From Euryarchaeota archaeon UBA182 (GTDB lineage Archaea > Thermoplasmatota > Poseidoniia > Poseidoniales > Thalassarchaeaceae): 64,000 nucleotides of DNA. A program made the translations under genes and the position numbers. The stretch is taken from the NCBI GenBank assembly GCA_002495675.1, contig DAGH01000021.1, positions 8,318-72,317 of the forward strand, written 5' to 3'. How positions within the stretch are numbered: position 1 is the first letter of the stretch; each line of letters starts with the position of its first letter. The notes under the pieces are model-generated. The model was not told where the DNA came from. It ran no database searches and was given only the letters and a program-made list of their open reading frames with translations. Below, piece by piece: positions 1-9,422 of this stretch.

Positions 1-2
1 CG

Positions 3-3000
3 CTATTTTCATGGTCACTTGCACTGGGTGGGATCTTCCTCTCTTGGATTGCCGACATGCCTCTCGCTGAATCAGTTTGGTGGTCAGTAGAAGCCCAACC
101 TGCCATTTGGGGCGCATTGATCGTACTCCCTGTAGCATCAATGGCCAAAAGGTTCCATTCCCCCTTGGCGGGCATTGCTGCTGCTTGGCTCATCGCATTC
201 ATGCCGGGCCACATTACACACTCAACTTTTGGCCTCGCAGACCACGACTCATTCGCTATGTTCTTCCTGACACTTGGCTTCTATTGGTGGGTTAGGTCGA
301 TGTTGGACATCAAACAAGAGAGGCTCTTCTCAAGAACCTCGTGGAATCCGCTATACATCCTCGCGGGAATAAGGGTAATGTGGCGCAATCATCGAACAAC
401 CATGATACACTCAACCCTAGCAGGAATATCGTTCGCGACTGCTGGTCTTGCATGGAAGGGTTATGTCTACGCCCCTGGAATCCTCTTCCTTGGATATTCA
501 GGCATCGTTTTCTTGAACCTATTCAGGGGTAGGGACACCTTACCAATCACCGCTACAATGCTCCAGATGCTGTTTGCTGCGATCCTAATTCCCCTGCCAT
601 TCTACATTTGGCCGGGTATGAACCTATTGACAAACCCAAGTGGCATGGCCCCCCTCCTGTACATGCTTGGATTCACGCTTGGCCTCGGCTACGTTATTTC
701 TGCCTCTCGGGACAAGCCATGGCTCATGGTCTTTACAACTACTGCGACGTTGTCCCTCTTCGTACTTGGTGGCCTGTATATCCTTCAGACCCTTGACTTG
801 TATGCAGGATGGGACATACTGGTCACTGGTGGGTTTTACTTCTCCAAGAACAAGGTTTTCTCAACAATAGGGGAAGCTCAGGCACCCGACAGAGGAATCC
901 TGTTTGCCTCATTCGGTCCTATCGTCACCATTGCCGCTATCGGATACGGCCTCATTCTGATATGGAGGGGGGGAAGGAAGGAGAACCTAGCCTCATTTAC
1001 ATTGGGAACATGGATCGTAGTTGCATCTTACATGTCATGGACCGCAGGGCGTTTCATATTCAATGCAGGACCGCCGATGGCCGTAGTTGGCGGCGTGGGT
1101 CTAACTGCAATGTGGGCGTACGCGAACCCCGCAGAATTCGTAAAACACTGGAAGAAAACCGGAATCGGATCGCCAAGGGCCAGATTCAACAGCACATTCT
1201 CTGCGAGCAGGTCCAGACCAGGGGTTCCTGCGGCTCTTATGGTCCTCCTCATCGTCTTCTCCCAACACGCGACCTACGGCATCGACTCAGGAATACCCAG
1301 GGGAGACTCATCAGCGGGAGATGTCGATCAGGCAATTCAAGGGATCATGCCCGACGTGCTCCGATACGAAGTTCTGGGTTTTTCGGTATTGAACTCCAAC
1401 CAATACTCCCCTGACGATCGTTGCTCCAGTGGCTGCTGGTATCTGGGAACCTTCGGCCCAGGTTTCAATGGGGGGGGATGGAATATGGCATATGAGTGGC
1501 TATCCGAACAGGATGCCGAATCATCCTTCACTGAACGGCCTGCTTTCCTTTCATGGTGGGACTACGGGTTCCAAGCCTTGTCTCATGGACAGCATCCCAC
1601 CGTCGCAGACAACTTCCAATCCGGGATACCCATATCAGGAAACATCCTACTTAGTTCGGGGCAGGCGGATGTGCTCTCCCTGCTGGCAATGAACGCACTA
1701 AGAATGGGCGGTGTTTCAGATGCTGACAACAGAGCCGTCCTGGAACAATACTTCGAGGAGAACCAGATCCGGGAGCTGGAGCGAATTCACAGTATGTCCT
1801 CCGAAGACGTCGAGGCTCGTGCACTTGCTTTGGTTCACGAGGATGATGAGGTACAACTGGTCAAGGGAGCTTTCCTAGCCAAATCAGGTTTGCCATCGAA
1901 GTATGGCTGGTACGTCATCGATGGAGGGGAGATAGTTCAAGACCGCATTGACGACTCTAGTGAGGCGATGAAGCTTTACAACACAACCAGATCATCCTCC
2001 AGCTACTTCTCTGAGAGCCCCACGCACTATATCATTGGCGAGTACAGATACACTTCAGACCTCATAGAGGACTACAATGACCTATCCACGGGAATCCACA
2101 GGAACAACGCCAAGTTGGCAGTTGGCCGAGCATTCATAACCCATGTTTTGGATCTCGATCAAATCGTAGGTTTGGTCTCCGATCTCAGTGAGATACAACA
2201 TGATGTACAAACCTTTGAGGGAAGATTGGGGGAAACAGCCCAAAGGAACTCTGATGTCAGATATTTCGCAATTGACGACAGACTCTACCCCTTGGGCGGG
2301 TTGTTTTACGAGGGCTACAATTATCACGGCGGCCAAACCACTGGTATTTTCTACGCTCCAACGACACTGGCGGGCCTTGATCCAGAAGACTACATCTCCA
2401 GCAGTTACCTCACCAGAAGGGGGGATGGCCCCATAATCCCAAGAACAGCTGGCGAATATGAGCAAGAATATCTGGATGACATAGTCCGGCAACAATCAGG
2501 CGCCATAACAGATCAAAGCCAGATAATTAGCCTTGAAGACATCGACTACATCCAGCAACCCGAATTCTTCGAAACTTTCCTGGCCAGAATATACGTAGGG
2601 TATGGCACTACGTCTCTGGGATTAGACCCCGATAACACCGGACAACCTGGGCCCACATGGGCTAAATCCGGAACGCCCACGACCCCCCTAAGGAACGCTT
2701 ATGCCCTCCCGGGCGCCATGATGAACCACTTTGTTCTTGCAAATTACCACGACGACGGATCCGACTACACGGACTCGGACTCCGATGGTACACCTGACAT
2801 ATACAATTGGAGCGACCCGAGCGAAGAACCAAGCGGCTACTACAACGCCATAGGCATCGCCAACTCCAATGTTAAGATACTCAAGTACTACAGTGGTGCA
2901 ACATTGAATGGGCAAGTGACGCTAGAAACTGGTGAACCCGTCCCCAATGCTAAGATTCTGATTGAGAGAGACGCCTTCAGTTATGAAGAAGGTACCGACA

Positions 3001-6000
3001 CAGACCCAAGGACCTACTGGATACCCATTGGCTCAGAAACAACCGATGATGAAGGTCACTTCACCTCTACGATTCCCTCTGGGAAAATACGAGTCAGCGC
3101 CTTCTACGGAGCAGTGGATGAAACAGGGCCAAGATCCCAAATCGAATCGGGTGCTTTTGACATGCTTTCCGACATAACCAGAGAGCAGCTTGATGGGGAA
3201 GATCGCACCATCAATCCCATCACAGCTATTTTGGGTGGAGTAGCTGGAACAACATACCTCGGAGCCGAGGTCTTGATGGTAACAGGAGAGGAAGGACACA
3301 GTAACGGGGCCTCAGTACTGACAGTCGACGTCAGGGTACCTGCAGTCACCTCGACGGGGCAGGTCCAATGGACTGGTGACGAATCCTTTTCTGGCAACCC
3401 AATACAGGATGCCACAGTAATTCTTACACCATCAGATCCTGATGCCACCCACCAAGGATATGCAGTCCCAACGTCTTCGGGCTCAATAGAGGGTCAGGGC
3501 CTTTACTTCGCAGGCGAGGGTACCGCAATCTTCGACGGCTCAGGCCAATTTGACTCATCGAGCCCGGCCAAAGCAGAGGAATTCACAGGAAGGTTGAGTC
3601 AGACTATTAGAAACAACCAGTCAGTCATCGGCACTGGAACTTTCGTTGGAAACGGGATACTCACAGGCACACTCTCTGATGGCTCCCTGCCATCAACTTG
3701 TGACGCCAATGACACAATGCCAGACAACATGGAAGTCTGCACGTCTCAGAACGGAGAGATAATTGTCTCTGGTTCAGTCAATGCAACGGGAAGATTCGTA
3801 TCAGCAGGCCAATCGGAATTTATCCGAGACTATGAGAATGCGTCTTTCACTGCCGCAGGCAGATTCGTGGTAGAGGAAGGTAACTCTGGGACCATAACAG
3901 GCGACGGAGTATTCCAAGGCGACGGAGTATTCAGCGGGCTAATGGTTAGGGAGGGTACTTTCCATATCTCCAATGCCATACCTGGGGAATACAGCGTACG
4001 AATCGTGATGGATACCGGTCAGGAAATTCAGGTTGATGAGAAATTCCAAATTCTCAGAACCCCCTCAGCAGAAACAAGACTCGTGCAAGTGGAGGGCCTA
4101 TCCGTCAACGCCCTCCTGTCGCAGGAGGATGGATCTCAAACCACGGGGAATGTGATACTAACGGACACCGAATTGCAAGGAGACTCTGCGGCACAGCCAT
4201 GTTCTGACAGACTGACATCTCCATGTTCAATACCCATCGGGGAGGGTGGAGCAATCTCAATCGGACCAATACCAGCCAGATCGCACACGATATCTTATGA
4301 CTCTGATTTGGATGGCTTCTACGACCTAGTAGCAAGCGTGTTGCCAGAGGATGCCACTACAGGATCCATAGATCTAGATCTCATTGTCCCGTTGACTTCG
4401 GACCTTGAGATCACCCTATTGTCTGAGTCGGGTGTTATTGTTCCTGACCTAGACCTGACGATCAGAGGCGCAACAGGACTAGGGATCTACGAGATGAACT
4501 ACGATTCTGAGACGGAGACCTACAAAGCGGAGTTGATACCTGGTGAATATCATCTGAACTACACCTATGGAGACACACAGATCTGGGAGTTGATAACCCT
4601 CGACGAGGACCTATCCATGACCGCCCAGTTCAGGACAAGCTCTCTACTTACTGGAACCGTCTACACATCAGATGATGACAGTACCCCGGAGCCGGATGAC
4701 TACGTCCAATTTGCCGAAGTTGTGGCCAGATGGTCCGGCTTCGAGATTTCTACGGTTGCAGATGGCGAGGGGAATTTTGAGTTCACACTTCCGGTGGGCG
4801 AGAATGTCACACTCACATCTACCGTCGGATTGGGTAATCTTGTCGATGGGTTGGTCGTGTTTACATCCGAGGAAAACGGCCCAATCGATCTAGTCACGAG
4901 AAAAGGAGTTGTCTACGAGGGCTTTGTTTCAGTTAACCGCGGTGACTACCTGTACGACAGTTCCATCGTGGGGTGGGAGCCACTGAGAGTTATCGCAACC
5001 AACACAACATCTGATGTAACCTGGACCTCTGATGTAAATGAAGTCGGCAACTTCGAGATTGCCCTTCCAAGCGGGGAATGGGATATCTCATTGTTGGAAA
5101 GTGCCTTTGAACACACCACAACAACAACCGAACCAGACACTACGATCGAATTAACCATATTCCCCGACAACAGCACGCTGAATCTATTCGCATTCATCGA
5201 CTCTTCCAGGGACGGTAATGCCACGAACGGCACAGGGGTTATTGCCGATTTCAGAGTCGTGCCCCTAGGTCAAAGTGGAATCCAAGAGAACTTTACCACT
5301 CTGGCCACAGGAATCGCCAGTGTGCAACTCGAGCCAGGAAATTACTTGATCGAAACCAGCATACTCAACCCTGGTGAGACACTTCATGGGACTAGGATCC
5401 TCACGGGTTCCACTAACATTCAGATCCCTCTTGAGGCAACAACGTTGCACAGAGATATTGGATTCGACCCTGAGGGCGTCGTGAATATTACATTCATAGA
5501 TCAACTACTTGCCCCGGTTGCCGATCTGGAGGTTAAGTTCAGAAATGTTGACCGAGAGCCTGTAATCGTCACATCTCTATCAACCGATGACGACGGCAAC
5601 ATACTCGCATTACTGCCCGAGGGGAGAACTATAATCGAGATAGATGGTTATGAGCCAGGTGATGAAACTGTCTTAGGCGCGAGGTCGACAATTGACGTGA
5701 TCGCTGGCGACCAATCATCACCGATAATGGTTGAACTAACGGAGATGGCCACGTTGAATCTCACAATTTCGGACTCTGAAACCTCTGACGGAATCCCAGA
5801 CCAGAAAATTATCCTACAATCGTTGGATGGGCTTGGAACAATCAAGATGCCCGCAACAAGTGAAACTGGATTCACATCGACATTGCTCGTACCCGGTAAT
5901 TGGAGCGTAAGCCATGACGCGGAGACCAGCGGTGTTAGAATTCTGGTTCAAGAAACCCACATAGACCGAATTCTAGCAGGTGAACATCGAGATGTCCTCC

Positions 6001-8120
6001 TAGATGCTCGCAAGGAAGTCACACTCTCCGGAAAGGTCTTCTGGGATTTCGACAAAGATGACCAGGCTGATGTTGCAGAGGGCGTTTCCAATGCTAGTGT
6101 GACACTTGAATACGGCCAAACCGTTATCGAGCTGAAAACCGATGAAACAGGAACATACTCCACCTTGGTCCCATCGAATACTTCCCTGAGCATCACAGTT
6201 TCCAAGGATGGATTTGCGACCATGCAGGACAACTCTTCAATCCATGGAGAGCCAATTGACCTAGACATCGAGCTAACTGCAGGCACAGTCACAGCCTCGG
6301 GCACTGTAACATACCTAGGCCAATCGATAGATTCTCTGTGGTCTGATGATGTCGAAATTCTCCTAGTCCCCAGAGAGGGCTTTGCTATGCCACAAGTAAC
6401 CGCCGAAAAGGGTGGGGACAGTGAATGGGACGGAACTTGGACTGTTGACCTTGAACCTGGAAGATATGTGCTTCAGGTTCGAGACACAACCAGGAACTTA
6501 GTTGCCTTTACCCAAATATTCGCCGATCTAGTGAATGGCGGACAAGCTGACGTAGATCTTGTGCCAGGGGGTTGGCTCCTGATGAATGGTTCATGGCTCG
6601 ACTACGAGGGTACCCTGCATTCAATCTCAACAGAAGACAGGGACATAGAGGGATCAGACATTATAGATGAGGAATTAACACTCCTGATAGAATCCGGGCC
6701 GTCATTGGATTGGAGACTCGCGGTACCCAATGACGGGGACCTTAGAATCCTCTTACCATCTGGGCCACTAACGATCTCTGGAGACTTCGCAGTAGAACAA
6801 CAGGACAGGACAATGACATACGAGGCAGGCCAGTCCATTAGTATCCCATCGTCAACGATTTCAGACGCGTTTGAGACCGCGCCGTTAGACCTCAGGTTCA
6901 ACAGAATATCCAACAGCGAAATCTCAGCATTATTGGCCTCCACATCATCTGCCACTGTTAACGAGGACGGCATCCTGTTCGCCAATAGCGACGGAGAGGG
7001 CGGCTACGACCCCATGTTCTTGGATATCGAAGTTGACTATGAAGGACATGAGACATCCGATGTGTTCAATCTAAGGGCTACAGTCCCGGGAACTGATGGA
7101 TCTGATTGGACTGTTTTGTTTGACAATGGATCAGGGGAATATTCAGTCTCACCGACACTCTTGATGTCCATCGAAGACGATCAAAAGACGGTCAAAGTGC
7201 AGATAACACCTCCCAATTCTACAGTGGCACGCCATTTCTCAAATGGAAGAACCGTGACAGTCCAGATATTCTCAGACAATGGCGTCAATGAAGATGTTGA
7301 GGTGAAAGTCAACGTCCCAAAAACAACTGGTTGGAGCCTCGCACAGGCCCCTGATGACATCTACGCTGTCAGGCCTGGTTCTCAGGAGACCATCCAACTC
7401 ACTTTCCAAAATGACGGCAACTCGGATGAGGTCTACTCAGTCTCATTCGATGACGATGCATTGCCCCCGGGTTGGACGAGAACTGGGGCCCAATCCGTGA
7501 CCATTGGAGCATTTGAGAGTCAAGCATTCTCAGTCATTCTTGGTGCACCGGAGAACGCGACTGTTGATCCATACAAACTCACCATGTACGTAATAGGCAA
7601 TGACCAAACGGAATACGACCCCGTGGAAATTGACGTATCCGCCCAGTATGCCATCCTGTCCATTGACAGGGATAGTGTCTCATGGTTAGGTGGTGGTAAG
7701 GATCCCGTTTACGGATCAGTCCAGACGGTAGTTCTAACGATCGAAAATCAAGGTCTCGTCGGGGCAGAGGAAGTAATCGTTAGGGCGGACCACCAGACAT
7801 CCGCACTATCAGACCCCTCTGGCATCAACGCCAGCGCTGTTCTTTCAGTACCTGCGGGAATGGAAGGCACGGCTTATTTGGATCTAAATTTCACCACCCT
7901 GACACAAGGTGATGCTTGGATAGTATTCTCCATTGAGTCAGTAGATGGAAAAGAGTCTTCAGAGGAGCCATACACCAAAAAATACAATCTACAGTCTCCA
8001 AGCGTCGAAGAGGCAGGGGATGCGACTCAGGTATTGATGATAGTACTCATTATCATACTCGGGGGCCTGTTGATCGTCCTTACAAGAAGGCCAGGTAGGA
8101 AACCCAAAGCTCCTTTCTAA
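3..8120 (+). CDS. aglB: Giant AglB/STT3 oligosaccharyltransferase with long C-terminal beta-sandwich stalk and C-terminal TM anchor (5' truncated)
   Basis: Frame open back to window start (LFSWSLALGGIFLSWIADM). Multiple N-terminal TM helices, DHD, TIGE (TIXE), WWDYG at nt 1554-1568, DNFQ. About 1,700 aa of repeated carboxypeptidase-regulatory/Ig-like segments follow, ending in hydrophobic helix plus RRPGRK. Confidence 0.93.
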   Translation, partial: LFSWSLALGGIFLSWIADMPLAESVWWSVEAQPAIWGALIVLPVASMAKRFHSPLAGIAAAWLIAFMPGHITHSTFGLADHDSFAMFFLTLGFYWWVRSMLDIKQERLFSRTSWNPLYILAGIRVMWRNHRTTMIHSTLAGISFATAGLAWKGYVYAPGILFLGYSGIVFLNLFRGRDTLPITATMLQMLFAAILIPLPFYIWPGMNLLTNPSGMAPLLYMLGFTLGLGYVISASRDKPWLMVFTTTATLSLFVLGGLYILQTLDLYAGWDILVTGGFYFSKNKVFSTIGEAQAPDRGILFASFGPIVTIAAIGYGLILIWRGGRKENLASFTLGTWIVVASYMSWTAGRFIFNAGPPMAVVGGVGLTAMWAYANPAEFVKHWKKTGIGSPRARFNSTFSASRSRPGVPAALMVLLIVFSQHATYGIDSGIPRGDSSAGDVDQAIQGIMPDVLRYEVLGFSVLNSNQYSPDDRCSSGCWYLGTFGPGFNGGGWNMAYEWLSEQDAESSFTERPAFLSWWDYGFQALSHGQHPTVADNFQSGIPISGNILLSSGQADVLSLLAMNALRMGGVSDADNRAVLEQYFEENQIRELERIHSMSSEDVEARALALVHEDDEVQLVKGAFLAKSGLPSKYGWYVIDGGEIVQDRIDDSSEAMKLYNTTRSSSSYFSESPTHYIIGEYRYTSDLIEDYNDLSTGIHRNNAKLAVGRAFITHVLDLDQIVGLVSDLSEIQHDVQTFEGRLGETAQRNSDVRYFAIDDRLYPLGGLFYEGYNYHGGQTTGIFYAPTTLAGLDPEDYISSSYLTRRGDGPIIPRTAGEYEQEYLDDIVRQQSGAITDQSQIISLEDIDYIQQPEFFETFLARIYVGYGTTSLGLDPDNTGQPGPTWAKSGTPTTPLRNAYALPGAMMNHFVLANYHDDGSDYTDSDSDGTPDIYNWSDPSEEPSGYYNAIGIANSNVKILKYYSGATLNGQVTLETGEPVPNAKILIERDAFSYEEGTDTDPRTYWIPIGSETTDDEGHFTSTIPSGKIRVSAFYGAVDETGPRSQIESGAFDMLSDITREQLDGEDRTINPITAILGGVAGTTYLGAEVLMVTGEEGHSNGASVLTVDVRVPAVTSTGQVQWTGDESFSGNPIQDATVILTPSDPDATHQGYAVPTSSGSIEGQGLYFAGEGTAIFDGSGQFDSSSPAKAEEFTGRLSQTIRNNQSVIGTGTFVGNGILTGTLSDGSLPSTCDANDTMPDNMEVCTSQNGEIIVSGSVNATGRFVSAGQSEFIRDYENASFTAAGRFVVEEGNSGTITGDGVFQGDGVFSGLMVREGTFHISNAIPGEYSVRIVMDTGQEIQVDEKFQILRTPSAETRLVQVEGLSVNALLSQEDGSQTTGNVILTDTELQGDSAAQPCSDRLTSPCSIPIGEGGAISIGPIPARSHTISYDSDLDGFYDLVASVLPEDATTGSIDLDLIVPLTSDLEITLLSESGVIVPDLDLTIRGATGLGIYEMNYDSETETYKAELIPGEYHLNYTYGDTQIWELITLDEDLSMTAQFRTSSLLTGTVYTSDDDSTPEPDDYVQFAEVVARWSGFEISTVADGEGNFEFTLPVGENVTLTSTVGLGNLVDGLVVFTSEENGPIDLVTRKGVVYEGFVSVNRGDYLYDSSIVGWEPLRVIATNTTSDVTWTSDVNEVGNFEIALPSGEWDISLLESAFEHTTTTTEPDTTIELTIFPDNSTLNLFAFIDSSRDGNATNGTGVIADFRVVPLGQSGIQENFTTLATGIASVQLEPGNYLIETSILNPGETLHGTRILTGSTNIQIPLEATTLHRDIGFDPEGVVNITFIDQLLAPVADLEVKFRNVDREPVIVTSLSTDDDGNILALLPEGRTIIEIDGYEPGDETVLGARSTIDVIAGDQSSPIMVELTEMATLNLTISDSETSDGIPDQKIILQSLDGLGTIKMPATSETGFTSTLLVPGNWSVSHDAETSGVRILVQETHIDRILAGEHRDVLLDARKEVTLSGKVFWDFDKDDQADVAEGVSNASVTLEYGQTVIELKTDETGTYSTLVPSNTSLSITVSKDGFATMQDNSSIHGEPIDLDIELTAGTVTASGTVTYLGQSIDSLWSDDVEILLVPREGFAMPQVTAEKGGDSEWDGTWTVDLEPGRYVLQVRDTTRNLVAFTQIFADLVNGGQADVDLVPGGWLLMNGSWLDYEGTLHSISTEDRDIEGSDIIDEELTLLIESGPSLDWRLAVPNDGDLRILLPSGPLTISGDFAVEQQDRTMTYEAGQSISIPSSTISDAFETAPLDLRFNRISNSEISALLASTSSATVNEDGILFANSDGEGGYDPMFLDIEVDYEGHETSDVFNLRATVPGTDGSDWTVLFDNGSGEYSVSPTLLMSIEDDQKTVKVQITPPNSTVARHFSNGRTVTVQIFSDNGVNEDVEVKVNVPKTTGWSLAQAPDDIYAVRPGSQETIQLTFQNDGNSDEVYSVSFDDDALPPGWTRTGAQSVTIGAFESQAFSVILGAPENATVDPYKLTMYVIGNDQTEYDPVEIDVSAQYAILSIDRDSVSWLGGGKDPVYGSVQTVVLTIENQGLVGAEEVIVRADHQTSALSDPSGINASAVLSVPAGMEGTAYLDLNFTTLTQGDAWIVFSIESVDGKESSEEPYTKKYNLQSPSVEEAGDATQVLMIVLIIILGGLLIVLTRRPGRKPKAPF
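3900..3932 (+). repeat. 15-nt direct repeat (GGCGACGGAGTATTC x2, 18-nt period) encoding GDGVF within a Gly-rich segment of AglB
   Basis: Copies at 3900-3914 and 3918-3932. Confidence 0.85.
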
Positions 8121-8140
8121 CCGAGAATGGGTGACTAACA

Positions 8141-9373
8141 ATGCCCAAAGACGGCGTAGAGTTAATGCCTGAGCCCGAGGATAGGGCGATTCTCACCGCG
8201 GTCGACAGGGGTGCCGAGGGATACACTGGGGAAGATTACGGGCTTTCCGACAAAGAAGCGAGAGACCTGAGAAGGCCAATGTACACCATGGTACCATTCG
8301 TATGGCCATACGGAGCAGTCGGTGGAGCTGCCAGCATCGTCGTAATGATGTTGCTATGGCCGATGATTCAGCCACTCATCACGCCATACCTCCCCGCCTC
8401 CGAGTGGGCCTACGAGTCATCTGGTGTGCGACTGCTCGGCGACGAAGGTCTAGATGGCAGTGGGGTTAAGGTCTGCATTGTCGATACAGGTATAGATCCC
8501 TTTCACCCTGATTTTAGAAACATGAACTTAGATGGATTCAGGGACTTCTACGCCTTTCAGCATGAGGAGGTGAGGGATGTAAGCCAATCCCACCATGGGA
8601 CTTCAATGGCAGGTCTGCTTATCGCTAATGGCTCAGGACCCTTGCAAGGAATGGCTCCTAAGGTGACACTCAGCGTGGCCGTCGGATTGGGCCCTGAGGG
8701 AACTACCGGAAACAGCGTCAGGGTCGCTGATGCGATACAATGGTGTAGGATTTCTCAGCGATCCGATATAATCAGCCTATCACTAGGTGGGCCATTCGAA
8801 GCCTCATCCCAACAAGCCTCTAGGTCTGTCTCAGGTGCTGTTCAAGATGCCTTGGATAGTGGGATTTTTGTTGTAGCGGCGGCGGGGAATGCGGGACCAA
8901 ATAATATTGATGTCTCGACACCCGCAAATGTGGAAGGCGTCATAAGCGTCGGTGCATATGATAGGTTCCTTACGCCTTGGTCAAACAGTTCGATCGGCTC
9001 AAACTTAGATCCCTATAACCAGTTGGACAGAGTCTGGCCAAATCAGAAACCCGAGATACTTGCACCAGGCTCGTATATCCTCTCCACCGTATCCAGCCAG
9101 AAATCCCCCCCATATGCATATTCAACTGGTACAAGCGACGCAGCAATCTTCGTCACTGCAACATTGGCATTGATTTTGCAGGATCTGACTGAAAAGGGCC
9201 TCATAGACCTCACGATTGAGGGGGATGATCGTATATTCCATGTCAAGAAGGCCCTTGCGGAGAGTGCCCGACCAATTAAAAACCAGATGGGGCATGATAT
9301 TCGATCGGGGTATGGCATGCTAGATGCAGTGGCATGGCGGGACGCAGTGGAGGCCTCTGCTTACAATTGGTGA
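8141..9373 (+). CDS. S8 subtilase, N-terminally membrane-anchored
   Basis: VDTG, HHGTSMAG, AAAGN oxyanion region, GTSDAA catalytic Ser. Hydrophobic helix near aa 50-75. Confidence 0.9.
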   Translation: MPKDGVELMPEPEDRAILTAVDRGAEGYTGEDYGLSDKEARDLRRPMYTMVPFVWPYGAVGGAASIVVMMLLWPMIQPLITPYLPASEWAYESSGVRLLGDEGLDGSGVKVCIVDTGIDPFHPDFRNMNLDGFRDFYAFQHEEVRDVSQSHHGTSMAGLLIANGSGPLQGMAPKVTLSVAVGLGPEGTTGNSVRVADAIQWCRISQRSDIISLSLGGPFEASSQQASRSVSGAVQDALDSGIFVVAAAGNAGPNNIDVSTPANVEGVISVGAYDRFLTPWSNSSIGSNLDPYNQLDRVWPNQKPEILAPGSYILSTVSSQKSPPYAYSTGTSDAAIFVTATLALILQDLTEKGLIDLTIEGDDRIFHVKKALAESARPIKNQMGHDIRSGYGMLDAVAWRDAVEASAYNW

Positions 9374-9422
9374 CGCCCATATTCCGCCTAGGGTTATATC
9401 TATTGACGGCCCCAGTAGAACC

